NCBI GenBank assembly: GCA_964016885.1
Contig: OZ024753.1
Span: 682,001-746,000 of the forward strand
From: Eledone cirrhosa
Taxonomy: Eukaryota
DNA: 64,000 nt
Direction: 5' to 3'
A program made the position numbers and the translations under genes. The notes under the pieces were generated by a model. The model was not told where the DNA came from. It worked only from the letters and a program-made list of their open reading frames with translations, and did not search any database. Below are positions 13,035-26,491 of the stretch, piece by piece; the stretch's first letter is position 1, and every line of letters begins with the position of its first letter.

Positions 13035-13139
13035 TCTTTGTCTTTCCAAGTCTACATAGCGAAGACCAAAGTAATCCTTTTCGATCAAGTTTAGTCGTTG
13101 ACATACTTGATCAAGCAGCCATTGTCCTGTGGAGTCTTT
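13035..13139 (-). CDS. FRMD5: FERM-domain protein (FRMD5/FRMD3-like), internal coding exon of 105 bp
   Basis: The acceptor is tttcaatttctctttttacag| and the donor is AGA|gtaagt. It encodes KDSTGQWLLDQVCQRLNLIEKDYFGLRYVDLERQR, compared with FRMD5 [35 protein letters not shown] (recalled sequence). Confidence 0.92.
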
Positions 13140-13301
13140 CTGTAAAAAGAGAAATTGAAAACAGTCTTAGTATGTCTTAAAGAACTGAGAACTGAGAAAT
13201 TTGTTTGGTCTAAAAAAAATTCAATTTTTACATGAATATATATATATATATATATTGATGTAAAAATTGAATTTTTTATATATATAAATCAGGATAGAAC
13301 C

Positions 13302-13385
<84 letters not shown>

Positions 13386-15770
13386 GCAAATCTATAAGAG
13401 ATATTAAAATTTCAACCAGATTAGCCAAAACTGGTAAAAAAATGAAAAAAAAAATGCATGCAAATAGAAGGGAGGGAAAACAAGGATCCTATTGAGAAGT
13501 GCTTTTCAACTTCTCATGTCCCATGTCCAATTTTAATTTCCAAAACAAAAAAAAATAAAACATGTGCCATACTATGATGATGCAAATTTAGTATATAGTA
13601 TAGTACATATCTGAGGTCCCATACCTCCACAAAAATATTGCCCTGCTCCAATGAGAAACACTGGTTTATGCCAAGAAAAAAAACAAAAAAACAATAATAT
13701 AAAAAAATAAACATTAAAATAAATCCATTCATTCCTCTCCAAAAGTTATTGAAATTATCCTTTTTTTAATTTTCTATTAGCATAATTTCAAAGAATAGGA
13801 TAAAAAAAGACATTTGATGTTTTGTGAGAGTAACTAAATATTTGATTTCAAAATATCATTCCTCTGTATCATAATGTTGATGTGCAAAGAATGCCACAAA
13901 AAAATAATACTAATAATATTTTAATAATTGGAAAAAAAAAAAAATATTTATAAATGAAGTAAAAAAAAATATAAAATGTTTGAAATTAATTTCGTTTTTT
14001 TTTTTATATGCATGGGGTATATTTCTTTCTTTTATTGTTAGTTTTTATATTTTTATATTCCCATTTCAATTTGCATATATGTGTCATACATTGTATGCAT
14101 TTATGTAGGAATTGGGGATAGATGTAAAATCTAAAAAAACGATGTTTTATCGTTTAAGTGGCAGACTTATGCACTTTTCTTGCATCTAATATCTGAATGA
14201 AGAAATATGATGTGAAAGAAACCGTAAAATTATCTGAATGGTGACAGATGTGTTTACATTAATAAACACAGATGAGGGTGAATGATGTCAAAATATGTTT
14301 AACCTATATTTTATACAGACAAACATAAAAAAGCACTTTTTAAAAGGCACACAATTGTAAAGAAATTACCAATCTATATTTGTATATAGGTGTAAGTGTG
14401 TGGAAGTGTGGTAAAGGAGAGGATGGAGAAAGTGGTTTATATAATACCATTTAGAAGTTATACTTGTTTGGCAAGTGACTTCATCTGAGACCATCTGTTG
14501 ATATTGAAGCCCGAAAAGGTTGTTTTAGTTATTCAAATCTTTCATTACCCCCTTTCCAATGAAAGATGCTGCATATAATTTTCAAATCATTTTGAAAATA
14601 ATCAATAATTTGGAAAGATTTAATAAAATAACAAACTTCCTTATTATTAAGTTTGTGTTTGGAAGATAACTTAAAGGTTCTTACATAAAATTATGAGGGA
14701 AAGTTTTTTTGATAAATAACGTTTTAAAACAGACTTATGTATCGTAGAACCAGAGTGATTTTGAGCAGTTTGGTATCAAAATTGTTAACTCAACACAACT
14801 CTCTAAGTTTGCTGGACCCGTGTCATTTTCAACAATCAATGCTCCAGTTGATTCAGTCAACAGAATTGCCAGACATGTGGACTCTTAACATAGTTCTCAG
14901 AAAGATTCATCAAGACACAATGCTGGACAGGGTTGGTCCTTTGATTACAGGTATAACATTTTTTATAGTTGAGTGAACTGGAGCAACATGAAATAAAGCA
15001 ACTTGCTCAAGGACACAATGCAATGCCTATCTGATCACTGTAGGGATCATTAGCCAAATACCCTAAACACAAAGTCACATGCCTTCACAATATATATATA
15101 TATATCGACAAGATCCCAAACCTCATTCGATTAATGAGTTGGGTGGAGCTTATCAATTGGACCGAGGAAATTATGTTTCCATTGGTCTTTCCAATTAATA
15201 CTATCTGTCGGTCACAAATCCAGGCAGAAGGAGCACTGTGAAATAAAGTCTCTTACATCACCTGGTCTGGGAATCGAAACCACAACCTCACGATTGCAAA
15301 TCCAATTCTCTAACCACTCAGCCACATGTGCCTTCACAACATAAATTTTATAATAACAATTACATTGTGGAAAAGTCCTTTATCTTTTTAAAAACATGCA
15401 TGCTCACATACCAAACCTGTCATATCAATTTAATTCAAAATACATGAAAAAAAAGAAAAAAAAATTATTTTATTATTTTAACCCTTTTGTTATCAAACCA
15501 CCCCAAATCCACCCTGGATATTTGATAAAAAGAAAAATTGTCATAAAATGTTTATTGGCATTAAGAAAGGCATCCAACCATAGAAACCAAACCCGAAATG
15601 GAATATATGAGCAAGATATGACCACCTGACTAGTTTAGCCACATAACATGGCAATAAAAATGTTTCTGTTTATGTAAAAAAAAAAATTACCGTCACAATT
15701 TTGTATAAAGACCTTTGTCAAGCTGTGATCCAAACAAAACATTATTTGAAAATCAGTGTCTTTCATAAGA

Positions 15771-16791
15771 AATATGGCAATGAAAGAGTTAAATACATAC
15801 CTACTAACACATGAAGTCATAAATATTCATTTATATCCTACACAGGTGAACATACAGAGAGTCACTGTCCACATAAAAAAACAAGAAAAGAAGCTTTATA
15901 TATATATATTTTGATTGTGTGTGTAAGTACCCACTTGTGACTAATGCCAAAGGTTAAGAAATAATCGAAAATCAATTAAATAGCAGTTGATCCACTTTGG
16001 CCTTTGCCTTCATATTTAGTTTTATAATTATAATTTATGTTTGGAACATAACTTAAAGGTTTAAGTAAAATAAATATATTCAATCATTGTTACCCCATTA
16101 ATACAACCTGGTCAGTATGGAGAACACTCTCTAGTATGCAGAATCCCAGATGTAATCTGGCTTGTGGTCCCAGTGGCCAGAATAATAACAGTAACATCCA
16201 TCAATACCTGAATTGTTAGGCCTAGTTAGTTCAGAAGAACAAAAGTGTTGTGATGTTCAGAACTTTATCATAGACATTAGTTACCAATCAAATACAATTA
16301 TCCAAGTCTGCCCTAGTTCTATGATGTGTAACCATTTGTTTTAAAGTGCTTATATTTAAATTTAACCTTTCTACCATAATTTATTAAGTTATGTCCACTG
16401 GCACCACAAGACAGCTTACATCTGGGGTCCTGCATACTAGAGAGTGTTCTCCATATTGACCAGGCTCTATTAATGGGGTAACGATGATTGAATATACTTA
16501 TTTTACTTAAACCTTTATTAAGTTATGTTCCAAACATAAATTATAATTACAAAACTAAATATGAAGGCAAAGGCCAAAGTGGATCAACTGCTATTTAATT
16601 GATTTTCGATTATTTCTTAACCTTTGGCATTAGTCACAAGTGGGTACTTACACACACAATCAAAATATATATATAAAGCTTCTTTTGTTTTTTTAATGTG
16701 AACATTGACTCGGTATGTTCACCTGAGTAGGATATAAATTTATATTTATGACTTCATGTGTTAGTGTGTTTAACTCTTTCATTGTAATATT
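15771..16791. repeat. Long inverted duplication (arms ~15771-16176 and ~16395-16791)
   Basis: The arms are reverse complements over ~400 bp, e.g. GTAAGTACCCACTTGTGACTAATGCCAAAGG / CCTTTGGCATTAGTCACAAGTGGGTACTTAC. Confidence 0.95.
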
Positions 16792-17760
16792 ATGCCTCTA
16801 TGCATTACGAGTTCAATCTCATTTACTTTCTCTGTTAAGACTGGCCTTAAGTGTAAGACATGATTTCTGGTCCTTTACCTTGAGTTATTATAAAATACCA
16901 CAGAGATCGATTTTGCTTTCAATCTATCTGATGGGAGGGGGGTCAGCAAAATAATGTACTAGTGAAATACTGAGATCAATATAATTGACAACTCCCTTCT
17001 CTGCTCAAATTGCTAGCCCTGCGCCTAAATTAGAAACTCTGTGGGGTTTATCATACGAACATAAAGAGCAGAGGTCAACTTTGCCTGTAATACCCTCTAT
17101 GACTAGTAAGATAAAATAGCAATCAAGTACAGTGGTGTGGTCCATATAATCAACTCCCCTCCTCCACACAGCTTGCCTTGAGCCTAACATAGAAACCATT
17201 ATTGTTAACCTCTTTTGTTTGTTTGTTTTTCTATGGAGGAGAGGGAGAGGTACATCTACCAAATTTTGCTTAGACTGTTTGCCATTGCCAAAAAAAGAAT
17301 GGAATGCAAGACAAGGTGAAGCAAGCTGAAGAAACTCTTACCTCCTTTCCCTCACCAAGAAATACTTTCTAAACTCTTATTTGATTGGCTATCTAAATAT
17401 AGTTGAGATTTTGTCAAAACCTGCTGTAAAAATAATTTTACTGATGTCATCACTCCTGACTGCAGCTGATAATTATGAAATCTCAAGGAAGTGAGGAAAT
17501 TTCAGAAGTCATCTTAAATTCAGGTGAACTTCTTCAACTGGGCTTATGCTTTTTCTTATTTTTATTTATTTATTTAACATATAATTACAAGATTGTAACT
17601 GCTGGAAGAATTATCATCACCATTCCACTTGCATTCCATGCCTGTATAGGTTTGGCTAGGTCACAGAATCCCATCTTACTGATATATTCCATATTACCAA
17701 GAGGTACTGATATAGTTTCTTTTACAGTCACTTCGCAGAGTTGTTAAAGTGTTGAATTAA

Positions 17761-17968
17761 CCCTTTAGAATTCAAACTGGCTGTATCTTACCAGAATTCT
17801 CTCACCTCTTTCTTCTCAAACCAGCCATAACTGGCCACTCATACCGACATTAAGGAATTGTTCTCAAAATAAATAATATCAAAATCTCATGGATTCGATA
17901 TTATGTGAGATAAAGCCTTTACCGGGAAAATACAATAGTAAATATAGAGTAATGTAAATGCTAAAGGG
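17761..17968. mobile_element. piggyBac-type MITE
   Basis: The ends read TTAA|CCCTTTAG...CTAAAGGG|TTAA. Confidence 0.85.
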
Positions 17969-19109
17969 TTAAATGCCTTGGTATTTGTTCCTGTTTTCTG
18001 CACAAGTCAACTTTGTCTTTCAACCTTTTGGGGTCAATAAATATAACACCAGTTTAGAAGTGATGAATTGGCAAAATTGTTTAAGAGTCTCATGGGATGC
18101 CTTTTTGTTTTCTGAGCCAACTGGACATTCTGAACTCAAATCCTGTCTCATTCTTCTATTGGTTATGACTGACAGATATAGTATCAGCAATGAAAAAAAA
18201 AAAATCAATGGAAACATTATTTCCTTAGTCTGATGTGATAATTGGCCCCTTTCATCTGCCAGGAGTTGTAACTAACAGATAGTATCATCAATGGAAAGTC
18301 TAATGGAAATATTGTTTCTTTGGTCTAATCTGAGGATTGGCTTCTTTTCTTTCCTGTATTGAAATGTTTGTTGTTGACTTCCATTAGAAATATACTAATA
18401 AAAGGGTTAATCTATAATTTGGCTTAGATTTTCAAAACTATAATTAATTCATTAAAGTAAGAAAAAACCTGTTAACAGATCTTTCCAAAACTTATGATTA
18501 AAAAGTATTTTTCAATTCTCAACAAATATGTAGAATATAGTTGATCCGTAATGAGAGGAAAAGTTATGCTGATGCAGACAAAATCAATAATAAGTATCGT
18601 TGCTTTGTTTATCATTATCATCGTTGTTATGCACAACAGTTAGACAAGAAAATTTAGGTTAACACTTTACATACCAAATCATTAGACATCATCAGTCACT
18701 TGATACTGCCTACATATTAAAATAAATCCATAACAGTTTTATTTGAAATGTTAAATTTACTTTAAAAAAAAAAAAAAAAGATCCTATCATAAAATATTTA
18801 TTTTACAAAATTCTTTGCAAATCTGAAAATTAACCCTTTTGATACCAAACTATAATCCAAATGGCTTGTTTTAAAGAGTTTACAATTATCTTTAAATCCT
18901 TCAACATAATTTTATGTAAGATCTTTTGTTAAGCTATCCACCACCCTTTCCAAACACCAGCTTAATAATGTGAAAGTTAGTTATATTAACTAAATCACTC
19001 GAGATTCTTGATTATTTTCAAAATGTTTTGAAAACCATAAGTAAATAGGAATAAAGTAACAAATGGGTTAATTGAAATGTTTCCTGTTGCTAAAATAACT
19101 CAATTTAAC

Positions 19110-19318
19110 AAAAGCAACATTTGTTACTGAGATCCAGAGTGAATCGCAGAAAGTCCTCGACTCGCAGAAAACGACTTCCAAGCCAGATTCCAAAGGTAGT
19201 GGAACCAGTGTATTGTTGTGCAAGGTGACTTCTCGAAGGAGATGATGTCAAAACATAAGTAATTATATTAGTTTTTTTTAACAGGACTAGTCCAGGAACT
19301 TTTTGATACCACCTTGTA
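19110..19318 (+). mobile_element. mariner 3' end with terminal inverted repeat
   Basis: It reads EIQSESQKVLD...NDFQARFQ...WNQCIVVQGD..EGD (frameshifted), then GTCCAGGAACTTTTTGATACCACCTTG|TA. Confidence 0.75.
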
Positions 19319-19861
19319 TGTGTATATGGAGATTGTGTATGTGTAGGAAATTTCTTGGGTGTTTTCTATAGTATGTAGCCCTGTCCTATCATGAAAATCA
19401 TCTTGTTCAAGAACACATGCCACCCTATCCAGAAAATGAACTCATGACATTATGATTGTAGGTCTAACACCCTAACCACTAGGCCAAACTCCTTCATATA
19501 AGCTAAATAAGAGAGAGAAAAAGAAAACTGAATAAGATTAGCAGTCAATGAAATAGAGTGACAAAATTATGACAAATATCTCAACAAGACATACAATGGC
19601 TACCATTTGCCATCAACTAGGGCTTGATAGTCACACCATACTATTGCCATAAGTACTCATAAATATCTTACAATATTTAACTGTATCTGGACAGAATTCC
19701 TTCTCTTTCTGTCCAAACCAGCCGTAACTGGCCAATCATTATTAATATTATTATTCTCATCAACACACAACTGTCACTAATACTACTACTACTACTACTG
19801 CTATTGTAATTATAAAATGTTATCTCAAATTAGATAATATCAAAATCTCAGATTTGATATT

Positions 19862-20400
19862 CATCATCATCATCATCGTTTAACGTCCGTGTTCCATGCT
19901 TGCATGGGTTTGGACGGGAGTTTTCCCACTTGAGGCAAGAGTGGTTGTCTTGCTCGCATAGGACTGTCTGGCGGGTTTTCTACAGTTGGATGCCCTTAAC
20001 ACTAACCACATTTACAGTGTGGGGCTGGGAGGTTTTTACCGTGTTGCCTACACGGCCACATTACAGCGTGGACTGTCTGGCAGGTTTTCTACAGCTGGAT
20101 ACCCTTCCTAACACCAACCACATTTACAGTGTGGGACTCGGAGGTTTTTACCGTGTTGCCTACACGGTCACATTACAGCGTGGACTGTATGTTTTTTTGT
20201 CGTGACACCTACACGATCTCATTTGTTTCGGCCTGGATTTTGTGGCACCAACATAACTTTACATTGAAAGGGGCGGTGTGGATGGGGTGGGGGTGGTGGG
20301 ACGGGGTGTATTTTGTTAGAGATGCCTACTGACTGTAGTAGGTTTTACTTTGTATTTAGGTAACGCGGGTCTTCTCTATTACTGAGTACCGCCAAAGGTC
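19862..20400 (-). mobile_element. 5'-truncated RTE 3' end inserted in a MITE, with a 22-bp TSD
   Basis: TCAAAATCTCAGATTTGATATT occurs at both 19840-19861 and 20401-20422. The insert has the CCATGCAAGCATGG hairpin and a (TGA)n tail. Confidence 0.8.
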
Positions 20401-20507
20401 TCAAAATCTCAGATTTGATATTATGTGGGATAATTATGTGAGATAAAGCCATTACAGTAAAAAATGCAATAGTAAATATAGGGTTAAACATACATATAAC
20501 AAATTAA

Positions 20508-20725
20508 CCCTTTAGCATTTACAATACTCTATATATACTATTGTATTTTCACAGTAATGGCTTTATCTCACATAATTATCTCACATAATATCGAATCTAT
20601 GAGATTTTGATATTATTTAATTTGAGAACAATACCTTAGCATCAGTATGAGTGTCCGGTTACAGCCAGTTTGAACAGAAATGGTGACAATTCTGGCTGAA
20701 TATGGCCGGTTTAAATGTTAAAGAG
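20508..20725. mobile_element. piggyBac-type MITE (opposite orientation)
   Basis: It has TTAA-flanked TIRs, and its interior is the reverse complement of 17761-17968. Confidence 0.85.
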
Positions 20726-20924
20726 TTAAATATTTTCTGTTTTATTTCAGTACTTCTATCAATAATGATGGCAATAGAGTTAATATATTTAATTTTAGAA
20801 GTCCAGGATTGGTATGCCATATATGGCAGGATTACTGGATATATGAACAATCATAAGAACTGGAAAATTTGTGTCCGGGTAAATTAATTAATCCTATAGT
20901 TTATGTTGATTACTGACATACAGA

Positions 20925-21226
20925 GTTGGGAGAGGGTGGGGAGGGGGACGGGAGAGGGTGAGAGAGGGAGATGAGTGGAGAGAGGGGAGATGAGTGGGAG
21001 AGAGGGGAGATGAGTGGGAGAGAGGGGAGATGAGTGGGAGAGAGGGGGAGATGAGTGGGAGAGAGGGGGAGATGAGTGGGAGAGAGGGGGAGATGAGTGG
21101 GAGAGAGGGGGAGATGAGTGGGAGAGAGGGGGAGAGAGGGGGAGAGAAGTGGGAGAGAGGGGGGAGAGAAGTTGGAGAGAAGTGGGAGAGAGGGGGAGAG
21201 AAGTGGGAGAGGAGGGGGGAAAAGGG
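20925..21226. repeat. Purine-rich 20-21 bp minisatellite (GAGATGAGTGGGAGAGAGGGG)
   Basis: Direct tandem repeat. Confidence 0.9.
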
Positions 21227-21464
21227 AGTGACTGAGAAAGACATTCAGTTAATTTTTTTTTTTTTTTTTTAAATCATCAATATTTCTAAATCCATATAAA
21301 AACCAATAACCTCCTCTCTTTCCTTTTCTCTGGCACTGGTATGATAATAAGAGTTGTTTAAATGATGACTCGGCAGAATCATTAGAATGTCAGACAATGC
21401 TTTGCAGCATTCCTTCCAGCTTCCTCAGATCCGAGTTCAAACTGCATTGAAAGTACCAGTTAAC

Positions 21465-21929
21465 CCTTTAGCATTTACATTACTCTCATCATCATCACCA
21501 TTTTGCGTCCATTCTTCCACGTTAGCATGGGTGAGATGGGTTGTCCTGTTGTGGGCAATGCCAGGTGGGGCGACCATGTCTTGCTTATATGGAACTGATT
21601 TTGGCTTGATTTCTACACCTGGATACCATTCCTAACACCAACTCATTTACAGCGAGTACTGGGTGCTTTTTCTGCCGTGGCACCTCCACGACTACTTTGC
21701 AGTGGGAGGGAGTGGAGGCAAATGTTTATATGCTGCAGCTTGTACTCTATATATACTGTTATATTTTCGTGGTAAAGGGTTTATCTCACAAAATATCGAA
21801 TGAGAATTTGATATTATTTATTTTGAGAACAATACCTTAACATCAGTATGAGTGGCCAGTTATGGCTGGTTTGAACAGAAAGAGGTGAGAAAATTCTAGC
21901 TGGATATGGCCAGTTTAAATGCTAAGGTT
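21465..21929. mobile_element. piggyBac-type MITE interrupted by an RTE-tailed retroposon (~21488-21740)
   Basis: MITE halves flank a reverse-oriented element with a (CAT)n end. TACTCT is repeated at both junctions. Confidence 0.7.
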
Positions 21930-22309
21930 GATTCTCTCCCTCTTTCTCCCTCTGCTCTCTCCAACCATCTCAAGGAAACCAGCTGTGCTTAGAGCTGGAT
22001 AAGGATGAGCTCCACTACATTAAAATGCCCAAGACAGCGTGTCATGATTATGTAAGGAATTAAGAGAACATAGGCTCTTTGAATTATTTGTCCAACTCAT
22101 ATTATACCACATTTTAAGTGGTGGCATATGTGTATATGTGTGGGTGTATGTGAATATGCACACGTGTGCATGTATTGGGTTATAGTGTGTGTGTGCATGT
22201 GTGCGTGTGTGTGTGTGTGTGTGTGTGCGTGTTATGGTGTAACGCTATCCTATATTCCTATATGGGTGAGATGCGGATATATAAGAAAATGAAAAATAAG
22301 AGAGATAAG

Positions 22310-22575
22310 GAGTGTGAAAGAGACAGACATAGAGAGAGTGACAGACAGACAGAGAGAGAGAGTGACAGACAGACAGACAGAGAGAGAGAGTGACAGAGAG
22401 AAAGAGAGAGAGTGACAGACAGACAGAGAGAGAGAGACAGACAGAGATAGAGAGAGAGAGTGTGACATACAGACATAGAGAGAGAGAGTGTGACATACAG
22501 ACATAGAGAGAGAGAGAGAGAGAGAGAGTGACAGACAGAGAGAGAGAGAGAGAGTGACAGAGAGAGAGAGAGAGT

Positions 22576-22644
<69 letters not shown>

Positions 22645-22645
22645 T

Positions 22646-22691
<46 letters not shown>

Positions 22692-22760
22692 CAGAGAGAG
22701 AGAGAGAGAGTGACAGAGAGAGAGAGAGAGTGTGACATACAGACAGAGAGAGAGAGAGAG
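22310..22760. repeat. (GA)n/(GACA)n compound microsatellite
   Basis: Seen directly in the sequence. Confidence 0.95.
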
Positions 22761-22779
22761 ATACAACGTTATGAACCTT

Positions 22780-23116
22780 TATGTTCTGAGTTCAAATCCT
22801 GCTAAGGTGAGCTTTGCCTTTCATCCTTACGGGGTCGATAACATAAAGTACCAGTCATACACTGGAATCAATTTAATCCACTTTCCCTTCCCCAAAGTTG
22901 TTGGCCTTGCGCCTAAATCAGAAACTGGTGAATTGGCAGTAACCAGTAGAAGGTCGGACGCCATACTTTGCAGCATAGAGTTATAGCCCTTTACAGTCTG
23001 AGTTCAAATCCTGCCGAGGTCAACTTTGTTTTATCAACCCTGTAAGGAAGAAAGACAAAGTACCAGTAATACACTGATATAATTGCTGGCCTTGTGCCAA
23101 AAAGTAGAAACAATTA
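22780..23116 (+). mobile_element. Two tandem Meta-domain-like SINE copies
   Basis: The family core occurs twice. Confidence 0.75.
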
Positions 23117-26100
23117 TTCTCACCAACTACTACTGCTACTACTACTACTACTGCTAGTACTGCTACTACTACTATTGTAATTATATAAAAGACTGATGTA
23201 GAAGAAAGAGCTGAGTGAGGAACTAAATACATTACAGTATTTAGATATATCAGATTTCAATTCCCACCAGTTTTGCCTTTCATCACCTTCCCCCATCCCC
23301 AACTAATCAATGAAATAATCATGTATTGGAGAACTATAGATTTAACTATAACACTTTTCTAGTAGAAATTTGTGGCTTCATGCCAATCTAAGCAACTACC
23401 ATTGTTATCATTATGATGATGATGATGATTGTTATTACAACTGAGGGTGACAGAATTGGTAGCAGAATACTGGACAAACTCTATTCTCATATTTACAAAC
23501 AGAAAGAGAGAGGAAAATAGGGGCGGAGGGAGAGAATAAATAAATAAATAAAAAGAAGGGAGGGTGACATAGAGCTGGGGGGGGGGACTCTACATCATTG
23601 ACTGGACAGTATATTTTAGCCGTACCCCACAGGCAAGACAACAAAAGCAGAGCCACGGTAAACAGCCATTGATACCTGCTATATCAGCTATCCTACCTGG
23701 AATGGTTCCTTGACAATCTGTCTTGTATTTAGTTACAGCTCTTTACATTGGCAGAGTCCTTAAGATGTCGGCTAGAATGCTTTATGGTATTTGTCCCACC
23801 TCATTGCATGACGTGAGTTCAAATCCCGCTGTGGTCAACTTTGCCTTTCATACTTTTGAGGTCGATAAAAAATGTACCAGTCTAGTACTGGGGTCGATTC
23901 TTCCTCTATAGAAAAAAAAAAAAAAAAAAAAAAATCGGCTGTGTTCAGACCTGGAGAGGGTTGGGTTCTGCCAGGTTTAAAAGTTCCCTAGAAATTCTGT
24001 ATGATGGTACCTCTATAACTCCACAAGTAGTTATGGGATCTTTATCCTATCCCTTAAATTCCTAGCTCAAATCTGACCATTAAAAAAAGTGAGCTGTCAC
24101 ATCATGATAAAACTAGTGCCCCTAACATTAAAACAACCAAGGAAACTATCTAATACAACCTTGTAGGAGGCCAGCCAAGTTGTAAGTTATAAAAACATCA
24201 TAGGACTGGAGCCCCTATAGACCCAAGATATCTCCTATGTGATACAACCTTGTAGGAGGCCAGCTAAACCTACATAGGTACAAGTTATAACAATATCATA
24301 AGACTGGATCCCCTAACATTAAAACACCTAAAACCTATGTAATACAACATTGCAGAAGGCCAGCTAAACCTACATAGGTGTGATCTGTAAATTTTATCTT
24401 AATTTTTCTTTTTCACATGATGGTACCAACAAGGCTGACCCCTGATCTAGTGGGGAAAATGGATTTAAAACACTTCTAGTATTGGGATTTAAACTCAAAA
24501 TGGACAGAGCTCAAACAGATACTACAGAGCATCACATCTGACTCTAATATTTCTGCTGATCCACTGTCCCTGGACTGGTGTTTTATTGACTCTAAAAGGA
24601 TGACAGGTAAAGCTGACCAAGGTAGGAGTTGGACTCCTGATTTCTTTATTGACCACAAAGGTTCAACAAAAATAGGAAACATTGAAGACAGTACAGGTTT
24701 ATGCAGTTTTTGTGTGTTTATGTGTGTGTGGATGAGAAGGTTTTGTGTGTAAAAAAAGTAAAACAACAAAGATAGAACAATAAAATTAAAATGAAGACAA
24801 TTCCGCAAAAGCGGACCACTCATGCAAAAAACCACGGTCACCCGAGCTGGGAGAAATACGGAAGCATTTAATTCAATGCTATAATAAGTAGTGGAAAAAA
24901 AAAAAGTGGAGTGGGGAGACAGCATGTAATTAGATACTGCAAAATGATGTCTGGTACTCAGCCAATTCTTCAAATCTACTGGACAGAACATAAATGAAGT
25001 AAAACTATTTACTGTGCCATATAAAAACTTATTACTGCACCAAAGCCAGCAACAAAAGCAATTGTTTGCTCTACAAAAACATGGATGCCATACATTTTAG
25101 AGAAGTGATTTGGTAAGGTAGATGGTTTGTGGTTATCCCAAGAAGGCAAGTGGTGTAGTTAAAGTGATACCATGCTCAGTTGGGAATGAAACCAATGGAC
25201 AAAGTTCTCTAAAACATTGTTGCAGCATGGGAGTTGTCAAACAACAATTATAATAGAACTAATATCAATATAATAACAAGTGTTTTACAGTTATTTTACA
25301 CACAAATAGAAAGAAAAAAAAGGGAAATTTATTGATTCAATATTTCATATTCAATAGTGTATCCATACAGGAAGAGAGAAAAATATATTGCAAAAAGAAA
25401 TATATATATATATCATAATCTATAATATATATATAAAAATAAAAAAGAATGATGAAAGAGAAATGGAGAGAAGGAAAACTCTATACCCTTGGCTGGGCAG
25501 AACATATTAGCTGCGTCCTATGGACAACATGATGAAAGCATTGCTGCAGAGAACAACAGCCACCAATACCTGATGAATAAACCATTCCATTGATGGTGGT
25601 TCCTTCCTCAAGCAAGATGTACTCCTCCTCTTAATTGTGCAGATGAAAATGTGTGCATATATGTATGTGTATGTATATATATATATATATATACACACAC
25701 ACAAAGTTTAGAAACACCAAAGATTTAAAACATTAGTAAACTGACAAACTGAATTTCAAACACTGAGTTATAATTTTATAATTTAACCCTAATTTGTAAT
25801 TCAGCTGCGGCATCTTCAGAGTTTATTAAAAGGCTTCATAGAAATATTTCATACAGAATAACAATGAGCTATAAATCAACCTGTAAACGAGTTTAACTAC
25901 TCCCATTAATATTATAATACAACTACTATATGCAAACACACACACAAAAATAACATGAGCAAAACTCATGGTTAATAGTGAGGACTGCAGTAAAATTAAT
26001 CTGATGCTATGATATATAAAGTGCAGTAACAACAACACTAATAGGTGCAGTACCACCAGTAACAGCAAAAGTTATGCAGTCAGACTTGTGATAACAATGT

Positions 26101-26491
26101 CATGGGTTTGATTCGTGGATCAGACAGGGCTTTGTGTCTTTGAGAAACATGCTTTATTTCACATGGCTTTTCATAAGACTGTATGTGGCCCTGAGAAACC
26201 TATGAAATGTAAACTCATATGAGGCCAGCTAAACCTACATATCTGTGAGCTGTAACAATAGGATAGGTAGCGAATTGGCAGTCATTATAAAATTAGATAG
26301 AGTGCATTGCGGTATTCATTCTGCCTCTCTGCTTTCTCTGAGTTGAAATCCCACTGAGATCAACTTTGCCTTTCATCCTTTCGAGGTCAATAAAAAAGTA
26401 CCAGTCTAGTACCGGGGTCGATTCTTCCTCTGTATCTTTTTCTCATTGCCTGTCTGTCAATTTCTGACCTTCACTGGAAGAAATCTGCTAT

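Noticed and set aside
24476-24991. 171-aa ORF
   Set aside because: It has no recognisable domain or splice signals and overlaps SINE remnants.
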